A stretch of DNA of 64,000 nt from an uncultured delta proteobacterium (GTDB lineage: Bacteria; Desulfobacterota; RBG-13-43-22), in assembly GCA_963711835.1 (NCBI GenBank), contig CAVQFQ010000016.1:1-64000 (forward strand), given 5' to 3'. Each line of letters opens with the position of its first letter. Position 1 is the first letter of the stretch. Position numbers and translations under genes: made by a program. This document shows positions 29,164 through 39,112 of this stretch, in pieces. Under the pieces are notes generated by a model that had not been told where the DNA came from, did not search any database, and worked only from the letters and a program-made list of their open reading frames with translations.

Positions 29164-30240
29164 TTATCGGCTTTTACTCTTTTTCTTTTCCTTGCTTTCG
29201 CTTTTAACTTTTGCCAGCTTCCCCACCTGGTTCTCGGTCAGGGGCCGACCAAACCCGGCGTATTGAATTTTAGGAGGCGGAGGATTGAGAACCGGGCTCC
29301 ATTTGCCGTTGGAATATTTTTCAATCATCAGCTGATAGGAGCCCTTTTCCAGCACGGGAACGATTCCCTTGATCTGCTGAACCGCTCCGTTTTCAGAGCG
29401 GTTCAGGATGACTTTGCCCTCCTTGGCCTGTCCCAAAACCGCTGCCCCGTGGCACGCCTCGCATTTTCTGCCCTGCTTCATAATCGTATGGCTGTGAAAA
29501 GGCCTGAACATTAAAAAGGTCTTATCTCCAGGCAAGACAAAGGCCTGGAGCTGCGCCGTGGTCATCCTCTGATTGTAATTCATTAAAAAAATCCAATCGC
29601 TCACAACTTTGGCCACCCGTTTGCCATCCTTGGCCAGAGGTTCGAATTGAGTGCTGGTCAGGTTGGTCATCTGCCCGGTGTGGCAGGCCAGGCAATCCAC
29701 TTTCCCTTGATGTTTTCGGTGTGAGGTGCTTTGGGAAAGGCTTTCGTGGCAGTTCTCGCAGCGGGTCTCCAGGGCGCCCTCTTGCCTTAGGGAATTATAG
29801 GATTTCCCATTGCCGTGCATCTCGCCTAAGGAATGGCAATCCAGACATTGCATCCCCAGGGCAAAGTGGACATCTTCAAAGACCGTGCCTTGGTTTTGCT
29901 TCAGGATCTCCGCCAACTGGTCATGGCATTTGAAACACAGGTCCGGACTGGTTGGTCCCAGGCGCTTTTCAGGGTTCTTTTCTTTGGGATTGGCTTTGTG
30001 GCAGGCCTCACAGGACTGGGCATGACACTTTTTACAGGCCAATTTGGCATAGGGGATATCGGACAGGGTCTCCAATCCCTGATTGGCTTTATCATACCAG
30101 TAGGCCATCCCTCTCCCGGTGTGGTGCAAACTGGTTTTAAAAAGCTCTTCCTTCTTAACCTCCGGAGCGGGTGCCCCTTTGGATAGGGCGACCAGCGCCA
30201 GGCTCAGGCCCGCCAAACAGATTATCAAAATCCGTTTCAT
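29164..30240 (-). CDS. periplasmic multiheme cytochrome c (7 CXXCH)
   Basis: Signal peptide; CKKCH, CEACH, CFKCH, CLDCH, CENCH, CLACH, CEACH. Confidence 0.9.
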   Translation of the reverse strand: MKRILIICLAGLSLALVALSKGAPAPEVKKEELFKTSLHHTGRGMAYWYDKANQGLETLSDIPYAKLACKKCHAQSCEACHKANPKEKNPEKRLGPTSPDLCFKCHDQLAEILKQNQGTVFEDVHFALGMQCLDCHSLGEMHGNGKSYNSLRQEGALETRCENCHESLSQSTSHRKHQGKVDCLACHTGQMTNLTSTQFEPLAKDGKRVAKVVSDWIFLMNYNQRMTTAQLQAFVLPGDKTFLMFRPFHSHTIMKQGRKCEACHGAAVLGQAKEGKVILNRSENGAVQQIKGIVPVLEKGSYQLMIEKYSNGKWSPVLNPPPPKIQYAGFGRPLTENQVGKLAKVKSESKEKKKSKSR

Positions 30241-30252
30241 CTAAACCTCTGG

Positions 30253-31152
30253 TTACATGAGTTGGGCCAGAGTGACCAATTGGACTTCCCCCTTGAGGCG
30301 GGGCAATTGTTCCTTGAGGATCTGCAAGGTCATAGGGTAAGGATGGCCGCAGCCGACAGCGAACCCCTTGGTCCGGGCCAGTTGAACCAGGCGTTCCAAT
30401 TGCAGCCGGATAGCCTCCTTTTCCACAACATTATCCAGAAACAGGTCCCGATGGAAAACTTTTATACCCAGTTCCGACCCAACTTCCGGCGCGGCGGAAT
30501 GAGAGGTAGTCAGGCTGTCCAAAAAAAACAGCTTTCTTTTTTTCAAAATTTTAAATACCGCAGCCATCTTCTCCCGATCTTCCGTAAACCGCGACCCCAT
30601 GTGATTATTGGCCCCGGCAATATGGGGAAAGCCCTCCAGATCCTTCCCGACCTGGGTCTGGATCTCTTCATTGTCCATCCCGACCAGTAAAGCACCAGGG
30701 CCGGGGTCCACTTCCGGAAAGGTTTTGGGTTCCATGGGCAAATGAATCAGGGTTTCCTTGCCTTTCTGGTGGGCCAGAAGGGCCATTTCTTTGGCATGGG
30801 GGGCCTGGGGCAAAAAGGAAAAAGTAAGCGGGGCCTCCAGGTCGATAAAATCCTCGGCCAGTTGCTTGTGGTAGCCAATGTCGTCGATGACGATCACTAC
30901 CCGGGGTGAGACCGTGGTGCTTACAAAGGGAGGAGGGGGAATGCTTTTGAGCGGTTTCGGAGGAAGAATCTCCCGATGGAGCTTCTCCTCATAAACCGGT
31001 GACCGCACCACCCGGCGTTCCCTGGAAACCTGCCAGGACCGGTATTGATAACCGGCCCCAAAAGCCAGGGCTATGACCATGGACCAGAGGAGCCCCCTTA
31101 TCCAGAGGGCCCTTTTGGGGGACGAACGGTTAGGCGATTTGCGGCGGGCCAC
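30253..31152 (-). CDS. divergent polysaccharide deacetylase (YibQ-like)
   Basis: IVIDDIG, HLPMEP, NNHMGS, FLDSLT, RDLFLDN, GHP. Confidence 0.92.
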   Translation of the reverse strand: MARRKSPNRSSPKRALWIRGLLWSMVIALAFGAGYQYRSWQVSRERRVVRSPVYEEKLHREILPPKPLKSIPPPPFVSTTVSPRVVIVIDDIGYHKQLAEDFIDLEAPLTFSFLPQAPHAKEMALLAHQKGKETLIHLPMEPKTFPEVDPGPGALLVGMDNEEIQTQVGKDLEGFPHIAGANNHMGSRFTEDREKMAAVFKILKKRKLFFLDSLTTSHSAAPEVGSELGIKVFHRDLFLDNVVEKEAIRLQLERLVQLARTKGFAVGCGHPYPMTLQILKEQLPRLKGEVQLVTLAQLM

Positions 31153-31161
31153 CGGTATGAC

Positions 31162-32496
31162 TTAGGGAGTGGCGTTTTTAAAGACCTGGGAAAAGACCCC
31201 CCAGCTTTTCAGCAGATGCAGGGCACTGGCCAGTTGAGGATCATCTTTATCTTCCTCTCCGGGGATCTTTTTCCCTTCAGCCGGCGTTTCCGGAGCCGGC
31301 TCCTTGCCTTTACCCTCATCCTCCATATGACGATCAAGATCCTTTTCCCGGAGTACCCGGGGTTCCTTTTCCGGGGTCTCTCCTCTTTTCAAGGGCCGGC
31401 CCTTGACTAAGATGTCGGGGGTTATCCCCTTGGCCTGGATGGAGCGGCCGTTGGGGGTATAATACCGGGCGGTGGTCAACTTTATACCGGAGTTATCCTC
31501 CAGGGGAATAATGGTTTGAACCGACCCCTTCCCGAAAGTCTGGGTCCCAAGGATAATGGCCCGCTTCTGATCCTGGAGGGCCCCGGCCACAATCTCGGAA
31601 GCACTGGCGCTCCCTTCATTGACCAGGACCACCAGGGGAAAGTTATGGGGCGCTTTGTTGGGATGGGCATAAAATTTCAGATTTTGTTCCTTGATCCGGC
31701 CCTGCGTATAAACAATCAAGCCCGACTCCAGGAATTCATCGGCCACCTTGACCGCTTCATTCAATAACCCACCTGGGTCATTCCGGAGATCCAGAACCAA
31801 TCCTTTTAAGCCTCCCTTGTTGGCCTCCAGTTTTTTCAGACCCGCTTGAAATTCCTCTACGGTTTTATCCTGGAAGGTGCTGATACGGATGTAGCCATAG
31901 CCCTCTTCCAACATCCTGTACTTCACGGCTTTAATGGGGATGACTTCCCGAACAATGGCATATTTTTTAGGTTCCTTGGCCCCTTCCTGCAAAATAGTCA
32001 GGGTGACTTTGGTACCTTTCGGACCCCGTATCAATCGAACGGCATCGTTTAAGGTCATATTTTTAGTGATCTTGTCTTCTATCTGCAGGATCTTGTCCCC
32101 CGGGAGCAAACCGGCTTTGTCGGCCGGGGTTCCTTCAATGGGGGAGACCACGGTCAGCAGGCCGTCTTTAAGGGTGATCTCGATCCCTATCCCGCTGAAT
32201 ATGCCGGTGGTTTCGATCTCCAACTCTTTAAATTCTTCAGGGCTCAGAAAGACGGAATGGGGATCCAGGGTGTTCATCATGCCTTTAATCGCCCCGTAGA
32301 TCAACTCCTTGGCATCTTTTTCCTCGACATACTTTTTCTGGATTTCATTGAGGGCTTCGCTAAACACCTTGATCCGCTGAAAGGTTTTTTCATTATCGGC
32401 AGCGCCGATATCTCCCTTGCGATAATCCAGCAGGAAGAAAAGAGTTACAATCAGGATGATCAGCCCAAGATATCTTACCTTAAAAATTCTCGACAT
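31162..32496 (-). CDS. ctpA: carboxyl-terminal protease, S41 family
   Basis: LDPHS, PDZ GIGIEI, DLRNDPGG, SASASEI, TFGKGSVQ. Confidence 0.93.
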   Translation of the reverse strand: MSRIFKVRYLGLIILIVTLFFLLDYRKGDIGAADNEKTFQRIKVFSEALNEIQKKYVEEKDAKELIYGAIKGMMNTLDPHSVFLSPEEFKELEIETTGIFSGIGIEITLKDGLLTVVSPIEGTPADKAGLLPGDKILQIEDKITKNMTLNDAVRLIRGPKGTKVTLTILQEGAKEPKKYAIVREVIPIKAVKYRMLEEGYGYIRISTFQDKTVEEFQAGLKKLEANKGGLKGLVLDLRNDPGGLLNEAVKVADEFLESGLIVYTQGRIKEQNLKFYAHPNKAPHNFPLVVLVNEGSASASEIVAGALQDQKRAIILGTQTFGKGSVQTIIPLEDNSGIKLTTARYYTPNGRSIQAKGITPDILVKGRPLKRGETPEKEPRVLREKDLDRHMEDEGKGKEPAPETPAEGKKIPGEEDKDDPQLASALHLLKSWGVFSQVFKNATP

Positions 32497-32517
32497 ACCT
32501 TCCCCCGAAAATAAGCA

Positions 32518-33867
32518 TTACCAGCCCCCCGTGGCCCTGGTGAGCCGGGCTTGGGCCAGATTATAGGCATATAAGGCCTGATAAAAGTTGTTTTTGGCCT
32601 GGGTCAACAAAGTTTGAGCATCCAGGACCTCCAGGGAGGTCGCTACCTGTTCTTTATAGCGAAGCTCGCTGATCCGGTAATTTTCTTCCGCCTGTTGAAT
32701 AGCCTTTTCGGCCACAGCGATGTTCTTTTCCGACTCTTGGAGACCGATGTGGGCTTCCTTCACTTCCAGGCGGACCAGATCCTTGATCTGAGTCAGGGCC
32801 TCCTTAACCTGGTTCCATTGTTTGGTCCGTTCCTGGACCAGGTAATGGGTCCGCCCCCATTCCCAAAAATTCCAGCGCAGCCCGGCTGTAACATCCCAGT
32901 TGGTCGGCTCCGTATAAGGGCTTCCGGAAACAGCCGGGGTATCTCCCTGCATTTTATAAGTGCCCTGGAAAAAGGCCTGAGGGTAATAGTCACTCTTGGC
33001 CAGGGCGATCTGCTTGTCGGCCATCACCATTTGGGTTTCCACTTCTTTAATCTCCGGCCGTTTCCTCTGAGCCTCCTCCTGACATTCTTCCAGGGACTTG
33101 GAGAAGGGCCGGTAGGTTAAGATATCCTCCAGGTCATTCATCTGCTCCAGAGAAAAGCGAAGCAGGTTATTTAGGCCGGCCTGGGTCAGGAGGACACCAT
33201 TCTCGGCCCGGACCAAATTTTGCTTGGCGCCGGCCAGTTCCACTTCGGATTTCAATAGATCATTTAAAGGAATGATCCCGACTTGATAAAATTGTTGAGC
33301 CACCCTGACGTGGTCGGTAATCTGAACCACACTCTGCTCAGCCACCCCTTTTCTCTTTTGGGTAATCAGGATATTAAAATAGGCCTCTTTTGTCTTATAG
33401 GCCAGAGAAAGCCGTTCCTGTTCGTATTTAATTCGGGAAATATCAACACCCAGGCCGGCCAATTCATAGGCCCGAGTCAGGGCGAATCCGGTAAAGAGAG
33501 GCTGATCCAGAACCAGGGAAAACTTGTAATTATCCTGGGTTCCAACGGTAAGGGGATAAGTCTCGATCGAATTCTGGAGGGGGACCCTGATAAAAGGCTC
33601 CTTATCCAGATAGGTATAACTATATTGGCTGGATAACTTGGGGAAAAACCCGGTTTGAGCCTGTTTTTTTTTGTATTCGGCGGCCCCAATCCCCTCCTGG
33701 GCCGATTTAAGAGCGGGGCTTTCCTTGAAAGCAATCTGGATACTTTTTTCTAAACTAAGGGTCTTTACGGGGGTCTCGGCCATGAGCCATCCCGCCCAGA
33801 AAATGAAAACCACACCAAGCCCCCAGATCCAGTTCCTCTGCCGTCCGTTCCTTTTAAGCCGGTTCAT
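32518..33867 (-). CDS. TolC-family outer membrane efflux protein
   Basis: Signal peptide and two OEP repeats (FFPKLS...PLFTG; YYPQ...FWEWG; EVLDAQ). Confidence 0.9.
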   Translation of the reverse strand: MNRLKRNGRQRNWIWGLGVVFIFWAGWLMAETPVKTLSLEKSIQIAFKESPALKSAQEGIGAAEYKKKQAQTGFFPKLSSQYSYTYLDKEPFIRVPLQNSIETYPLTVGTQDNYKFSLVLDQPLFTGFALTRAYELAGLGVDISRIKYEQERLSLAYKTKEAYFNILITQKRKGVAEQSVVQITDHVRVAQQFYQVGIIPLNDLLKSEVELAGAKQNLVRAENGVLLTQAGLNNLLRFSLEQMNDLEDILTYRPFSKSLEECQEEAQRKRPEIKEVETQMVMADKQIALAKSDYYPQAFFQGTYKMQGDTPAVSGSPYTEPTNWDVTAGLRWNFWEWGRTHYLVQERTKQWNQVKEALTQIKDLVRLEVKEAHIGLQESEKNIAVAEKAIQQAEENYRISELRYKEQVATSLEVLDAQTLLTQAKNNFYQALYAYNLAQARLTRATGGW

Positions 33868-34108
33868 TTCCGTTCTTCGCCTATGATATTAGCATTATAG
33901 CCCGTTCCGAATTAAGTCAAGACAAATCTTGGAATTCCAGGATGGAAAGGGGAAATGACCCGGTAACTTTTTATTGACTTTTGTTTTTTTTTCTGTTTCT
34001 TACCCCTTAAGGGGGGTTAAAGGGCATCCCCCGGTACACGGTCACGGATAAACCTTCCCTAACCATTAACATCCCCCATCCGGGAATAATCAGAATCAGG
34101 GATTTCCT

Positions 34109-35329
34109 ATGGCTTTTTTTGGTGAAATCTTCCTCAGCGAAATACTCAACAAACCTGTTATCAACCAGAAAGGGGAAGAGTTGGGCAAGCTCCAGGATAT
34201 CCTGGTCATCCCGGGCAATCCCTTCCCTCAAGTCACCGGCCTATGGGTGGGGAAAAAAAAGGAAAGAAGGCTGATTCCCCTGGAATATTGTGATATTTTA
34301 AACAAAAAAGTGATTTCGGTCCGCGAATCGGAGACCCCTTTTTCTCCTTCTCCTCCACCGGAAGGCCAGATCCTGATCCGGGAACAACTCCTGGACCGCC
34401 AGATCGTAGATATGAATGGCGTCAAAGTGGTCCGGGTCAATGATATTAAGCTCGCTGAACTCCAAAATCAATATTGCCTGGTAGGGCTGGATGTCGGGGT
34501 CCATGGGCTTTTAAGGCGTATCGGGTTGGAGAGAAAAGGACTCGGCAGCCTGATCCCCTGGAGCTATGTTCAACCCCTGGAAGAGGGTCTGACCCAATTG
34601 ACCCTGACCTTATCCCGGCAGGGCCTGTCTCAACTGCACCCGGTGGACATTGCCGATATTATCTCCCAGATCTCCTCCAAGGAAAGGACCGTCATTCTGG
34701 ACTCCTTGGATAAGGAAACCGCCGGTGAAGCCCTCCATGAACTGGAGGCGGATATGCGGGTGGCCATTGTCGAACAGATGGATGTGGAAGAGGCGGCTGA
34801 TATCCTGGATGAAATGCAGCCCGATGAAGCGGCCGATATCCTGGGAGACCTTTCCTCCGAAAAGGCCAAGGCCATTTTAAATCGGATGGAAAAAGAGGAA
34901 GCCGCCGATGTGGAGGAACTCTTAGAACACGACGAAGATACCGCCGGGGGACTCATGACTACCGAATACCTGGCTTTCCCTCCCGAACAAACCACCGGCC
35001 AGGCCATCGACGAGATCCGGCGCCAGGCCCCGGAAACGGAGCTGATTTATTACGTGTATGTCGTCGATACCGAGGAGCATCTCCTGGGGGTCCTTTCACT
35101 CAAAGACCTGATCCTGGCCTCTCCTGAAAAATCGCTCCAGGAGATCATGCGCCCCAATCCCAAAAAAATCTCCCCGGAGGCCAACCAGAAAGACGTGGCC
35201 GAACTGGTCTCCAAATACAATCTGATCGCCGTTCCGGTGGTGGACGATGAAAACCATCTCCTCGGGGTTATCACGGTGGACGATATTTTGAATATCTTAC
35301 TTCCCTCCTCTTCCCTGAAACGGTATTAA
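34109..35329 (+). CDS. PRC-barrel + MgtE N-terminal + CBS protein without a membrane domain
   Basis: LLDRQIVDMNGVKVVRVND, LHPVDIADI, DTAGGLMTTE, GVITVDD; no TM segments. Confidence 0.88.
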   Translation: MAFFGEIFLSEILNKPVINQKGEELGKLQDILVIPGNPFPQVTGLWVGKKKERRLIPLEYCDILNKKVISVRESETPFSPSPPPEGQILIREQLLDRQIVDMNGVKVVRVNDIKLAELQNQYCLVGLDVGVHGLLRRIGLERKGLGSLIPWSYVQPLEEGLTQLTLTLSRQGLSQLHPVDIADIISQISSKERTVILDSLDKETAGEALHELEADMRVAIVEQMDVEEAADILDEMQPDEAADILGDLSSEKAKAILNRMEKEEAADVEELLEHDEDTAGGLMTTEYLAFPPEQTTGQAIDEIRRQAPETELIYYVYVVDTEEHLLGVLSLKDLILASPEKSLQEIMRPNPKKISPEANQKDVAELVSKYNLIAVPVVDDENHLLGVITVDDILNILLPSSSLKRY

Positions 35330-35333
35330 TCCC

Positions 35334-36581
35334 ATGAGCGGATCCTGGTTTTCTCTTGGCCGGAATAAATTTATTTTTTTCCTGGGGATCATCGGCCCGG
35401 GGATTATCACCGCCAATGTCGATAATGATGCCGGCGGAATCGCCACTTATTCCCTGGCCGGGGCCCACTTCGGGTACAGCCTGCTCTGGTCCCTTCTGCC
35501 CATTACCGTCCTGCTGATCATGGTTCAGGAAATGGTGGCCCGCATGGGGGTCGTGACCGGAAAGGGTCTTTCCGACCTGATTCGGGAGGAATTTGGGGTT
35601 AAGACCACCCTCCTGATGATGCTGGTCCTGTTATTCACCAACCTCGGCAACACCATAGCCGAATTTGCCGGACTGGCGGCCAGTCTGGAGATTTTCGGAA
35701 TCAGCAAGTACCTTTCCGTTCCCATTGGAGGCTTCCTGGTCTGGTGGCTGGTGGTCAAAGGCACCTATCGGACCGTGGAAAAAATTTTTCTGGCGGCCTG
35801 TGCCATCTATGTCTCCTATATCATTTCCGGATTTATGGCCCGGCCCGACTGGACCCAGGTCATTTCCGGCACCCTTAGGCCTACCATTGAGTGGGACCGT
35901 CATTATTTCCTGATGCTCATCGGCATCGTCGGGACCACTATCGCCCCCTGGATGCAATTCTATCAACAATCGGCCGTAGTCGAAAAAGGGATCCCGGTAG
36001 AGGAATACCGTCTGGCCCGCTGGGACGTCATCGTGGGCTGTCTTTTTGCCGTGCTGGTGGCCTTTTTTATCGTCATCTCCTGCGGGGCCACCCTGCATGT
36101 CAATCGGATCGAAATCCAAACCGCCGAGGATGCTGCCGTAGCCCTGGCCCCGCTGGCCGGCCGGTATGCCACTTGGCTTTTCGCCCTGGGCCTGGCCAAT
36201 GCCTCTCTCTTCGCCGCATCCATTCTGCCCCTGTCCACGGCCTTTTACATCTGCGAAGCCCTGGGCTGGGAGGCCGGGGTCAACAAGACCTTCAAAGAGG
36301 CCCCCCAATTCATGTGGCTTTACACCGGCATGATTTTTTTCGGAGGGGCGATCATCCTTATCCCCAGGATCCCGCTGATTCTGATTATGCTCCTGTCCCA
36401 GGTGCTCAACGGCATCCTTTTGCCTTTTATTCTGATTTTTATTTTGATGTTGATTAACCGCAGAAGAATTATGGGGAGCTACGTAAACGGACGCCTTTAT
36501 AATGCCATGTCTTGGATCGCCGTAGGCCTGCTGATTCTGATTACTTTTTTATTGGTCGGCGCCACCCTTCGGTTGTTCTAA
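35334..36581 (+). CDS. Nramp-family divalent metal transporter (NRMT-like)
   Basis: GPGIITANVDNDAGGI, GTTIAPW; multiple TM helices. Confidence 0.9.
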   Translation: MSGSWFSLGRNKFIFFLGIIGPGIITANVDNDAGGIATYSLAGAHFGYSLLWSLLPITVLLIMVQEMVARMGVVTGKGLSDLIREEFGVKTTLLMMLVLLFTNLGNTIAEFAGLAASLEIFGISKYLSVPIGGFLVWWLVVKGTYRTVEKIFLAACAIYVSYIISGFMARPDWTQVISGTLRPTIEWDRHYFLMLIGIVGTTIAPWMQFYQQSAVVEKGIPVEEYRLARWDVIVGCLFAVLVAFFIVISCGATLHVNRIEIQTAEDAAVALAPLAGRYATWLFALGLANASLFAASILPLSTAFYICEALGWEAGVNKTFKEAPQFMWLYTGMIFFGGAIILIPRIPLILIMLLSQVLNGILLPFILIFILMLINRRRIMGSYVNGRLYNAMSWIAVGLLILITFLLVGATLRLF

Positions 36582-36625
36582 GGATTTTTCAGGGGAGGAA
36601 AATTTCAAAACTCTCCGGTTAGCTT

Positions 36626-37114
36626 TTAAGAAATAAAAAAAGGATATTCCGCCAGGAACTTCCCATCCAGAAAGAGTTGGGCCTTCCAGCCCCCGATAAA
36701 CTTCACTTCCCCGCCCGAAACATTGAGCATCCCTTTTTTGAAGGATAGCCAGGCCCAGGTCCGGTAGGAGGTATTTCCCGGAGGAACCGAAAAGGTAAAG
36801 CGCGTTGTTTCCTGAACCTTCTTATCGGGCCGTATCCAAAGGACCTTGACCTCATGACTGCCGGTCAGGCCTGTCCAGACGGTATGGAGATAGATACGGT
36901 CGGTCCGGGAAAAACTGGTAGCGGCGGCCAACCGGGTCAAATCTTTGCTCAAGAGGGTGGTGAAGGAGGATCTCGGCGGTTCCCCGTAGGCCGGACTCAG
37001 GAGCAGGTAGAAGGCCGTCAGGACAGCCAGGCCTCTTGGAAGGTTACTCCATCTCAGGAAGCGGATATTCAAAAGCCTCTTTAATGTAATAGATCGGTTT
37101 CCCCTGCGACTCAT
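36626..37114 (-). CDS. hypothetical secreted beta-rich protein (start uncertain)
   Basis: Hydrophobic LAVLTAFYLLLSPAYG, then WIRPD...YRTW...GGWKAQLFLDG. Confidence 0.6.
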   Translation of the reverse strand: MSRRGNRSITLKRLLNIRFLRWSNLPRGLAVLTAFYLLLSPAYGEPPRSSFTTLLSKDLTRLAAATSFSRTDRIYLHTVWTGLTGSHEVKVLWIRPDKKVQETTRFTFSVPPGNTSYRTWAWLSFKKGMLNVSGGEVKFIGGWKAQLFLDGKFLAEYPFFIS

Positions 37115-38003
37115 GATAGGTCCGAACCTGCAGCTCCCCCAGCAATCCCATACTGATGAATTGAACCCCTATGAATATGAGCAGGATGGCTAAAAGAAGT
37201 ATGGGGCGGTTAGCCAGGGGGATGCCCAGGAATAAGCGCTGAAAGGTTAAATAACAGGCCAAAACGAATCCCGCCATTCCGGAGAGGATCCCCCAATATC
37301 CGAAGACATGGATCGGACGGGTGGAATAGGTTGCCAGAAATTTTACCGTAATTAAATCCAGAAGGACCCGGATGGTTCGGGATAGGCCGTACTTGGAACG
37401 CCCGAATTTACGGGGGCGGTGATGAACCGGGACCTCGGCCATGGTCACTCCCATCCAGCTGGCAATCGCCGGTATAAAACGATGCATCTCCCCATAGAGC
37501 CGGATGTTTTTGGCCACTTCTCTGGTAAAGGCCTTCAAGGTGCATCCATAATCATGAAGCTTGACGCCGGTAACCCAGGAAATCATCCTGTTGGCCACCG
37601 AAGAAGGCAGGCGCCGGGACCAAAACGGGTCCTGCCTCTTTTCCCGCCAGCCGCTGACCAGGTCGTACCCCTGCTGAATCTTGGCCACCAATTTGGGTAT
37701 ATCCTCAGGATCATTTTGGAGGTCGCCGTCCAGGGTAATAATGATCTTCCCTTCGGCCAGATCAAAGCCGGCCGAAAGGGCCGCTGTTTGACCAAAATTT
37801 CTCCGTAAGCGCACTGCTTTCCCCCGGGGAAGGCGGCTTATTTCTTTTTTCAACCCTTCGAAGGTTTGGTCCTGACTCCCATCGTCAATGCCGATCACCT
37901 CATAAGAAAGGCCGGTGCTGTTTACGACCCTCCGGAGTTCCTCGAAAAGCAAAGGGATATTTTGAGCCTCGTTATAACAGGGAATGATAATCGACAGATC
38001 CAA
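37044..38003 (-). CDS. GT2 polyprenol-phosphate glycosyltransferase (ArnC-like)
   Basis: IIPCYNE, DDGSQD, RNFGQTAA, DGDLQNDP, HDYGC; two C-terminal TM helices. Confidence 0.92.
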   Translation of the reverse strand: MDLSIIIPCYNEAQNIPLLFEELRRVVNSTGLSYEVIGIDDGSQDQTFEGLKKEISRLPRGKAVRLRRNFGQTAALSAGFDLAEGKIIITLDGDLQNDPEDIPKLVAKIQQGYDLVSGWREKRQDPFWSRRLPSSVANRMISWVTGVKLHDYGCTLKAFTREVAKNIRLYGEMHRFIPAIASWMGVTMAEVPVHHRPRKFGRSKYGLSRTIRVLLDLITVKFLATYSTRPIHVFGYWGILSGMAGFVLACYLTFQRLFLGIPLANRPILLLAILLIFIGVQFISMGLLGELQVRTYHESQGKPIYYIKEAFEYPLPEME

Positions 38004-38140
38004 GTTTTTTCCTTAGATAGATTCCATCCGGAAATCGGGGGCTTCCGATTGAAGCCTTCAGCCGTCAGCAGACGGCAGTCGGCTAACCCTTACACCCTAA
38101 CCAGAGGGCTGCCATAGCTTATGAAGTGTAGTAACAAAAA

Positions 38141-39103
38141 TCAAGGTCTATTTTTACCGAAAGAAAGGGGACGAGAACCCCGGAGATAAAAATAAGCCCC
38201 TGGAAGCCCGATGAGCAGGTTTCCTATATTCGAGGCCAGGCCGAGAGTAAAGGCCGTGGTTGTGGAAATTCCCAAAAAAGAGAAGAAGGTTATGAACAGC
38301 CCTTCCTGAATTCCAAACCCGCTCAAGGAGATGGGGATGCGGGCAAAAAATTGGGTCAAGGGGATGATCGGAACCAAATAATAAAAGGGCAGGGGCAGAC
38401 CCAGGGCCAGGATCAAAAAGTACATGGTCAGGATGGGCAGCAGTTGTTCCCCAAAGGACCAGAGAAAAAATTTCCCCAGGGCTTTAGGCTGGGTGCGGTA
38501 GAGGATAAAGGAAGAGCTGACTTGGGCGACCTTGGCCGCCCAGGGAAATCTGGCCAGGAGGTTGGTTAAGGCCGCCGGGCCGTCTCCGCGCATAAGGAGT
38601 ACCAGGGAAAGAATACCGGCGGAAAGAAAGATGCCCAAAAGCCACAAAAGGGTGCCGGGGAAATCGGGGACAAAAAAGAACAGCAATGGAATGACCATCA
38701 AAGCCATGACGGCCGAAGAAAGAAATCCGAGAAACCGTTCCATGATGATGGAAGAGATGACATCGACCCCTGCTTTGGAATTCTTTGAAAGTTCATAGGC
38801 GCGAACGGCGTCCCCCCCCAGGGAGGTAGGCAATAAATTCCCTAAGAGGGTCCCTTTAAAATAGACCCGAATGAGTTTTGCCCAGGAGCAGGGGATTTCT
38901 TTGGCCTCCAGAAGAATTTTCCATTTGGCGGCCATGATCAGACGATCCAAAAAATTAAGGGCAAAATACCCGAGCAGGTAAGGCCAGTACAGATTGCTTA
39001 GAAGATGGGTCAATTCCTTCTGGTTGACGAAACGGATAAGGAATGAAATGAGGAGAAGACTGATCAGGAGCCTTAGGCCGTATGTCTTTAATCTTGATTT
39101 CAT
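38141..39103 (-). CDS. lysylphosphatidylglycerol-synthase TM (flippase-like) protein
   Basis: LPTSLGGDAVR, ERFLG, PISLSGFGIQE. Confidence 0.87.
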   Translation of the reverse strand: MKSRLKTYGLRLLISLLLISFLIRFVNQKELTHLLSNLYWPYLLGYFALNFLDRLIMAAKWKILLEAKEIPCSWAKLIRVYFKGTLLGNLLPTSLGGDAVRAYELSKNSKAGVDVISSIIMERFLGFLSSAVMALMVIPLLFFFVPDFPGTLLWLLGIFLSAGILSLVLLMRGDGPAALTNLLARFPWAAKVAQVSSSFILYRTQPKALGKFFLWSFGEQLLPILTMYFLILALGLPLPFYYLVPIIPLTQFFARIPISLSGFGIQEGLFITFFSFLGISTTTAFTLGLASNIGNLLIGLPGAYFYLRGSRPLSFGKNRP

Positions 39104-39112
39104 GCCGGCAGG

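Noticed and set aside
33870-34108. M-box or yybP riboswitch upstream of the MgtE-N/Nramp pair
   Set aside because: No recognisable consensus or terminator in the leader.
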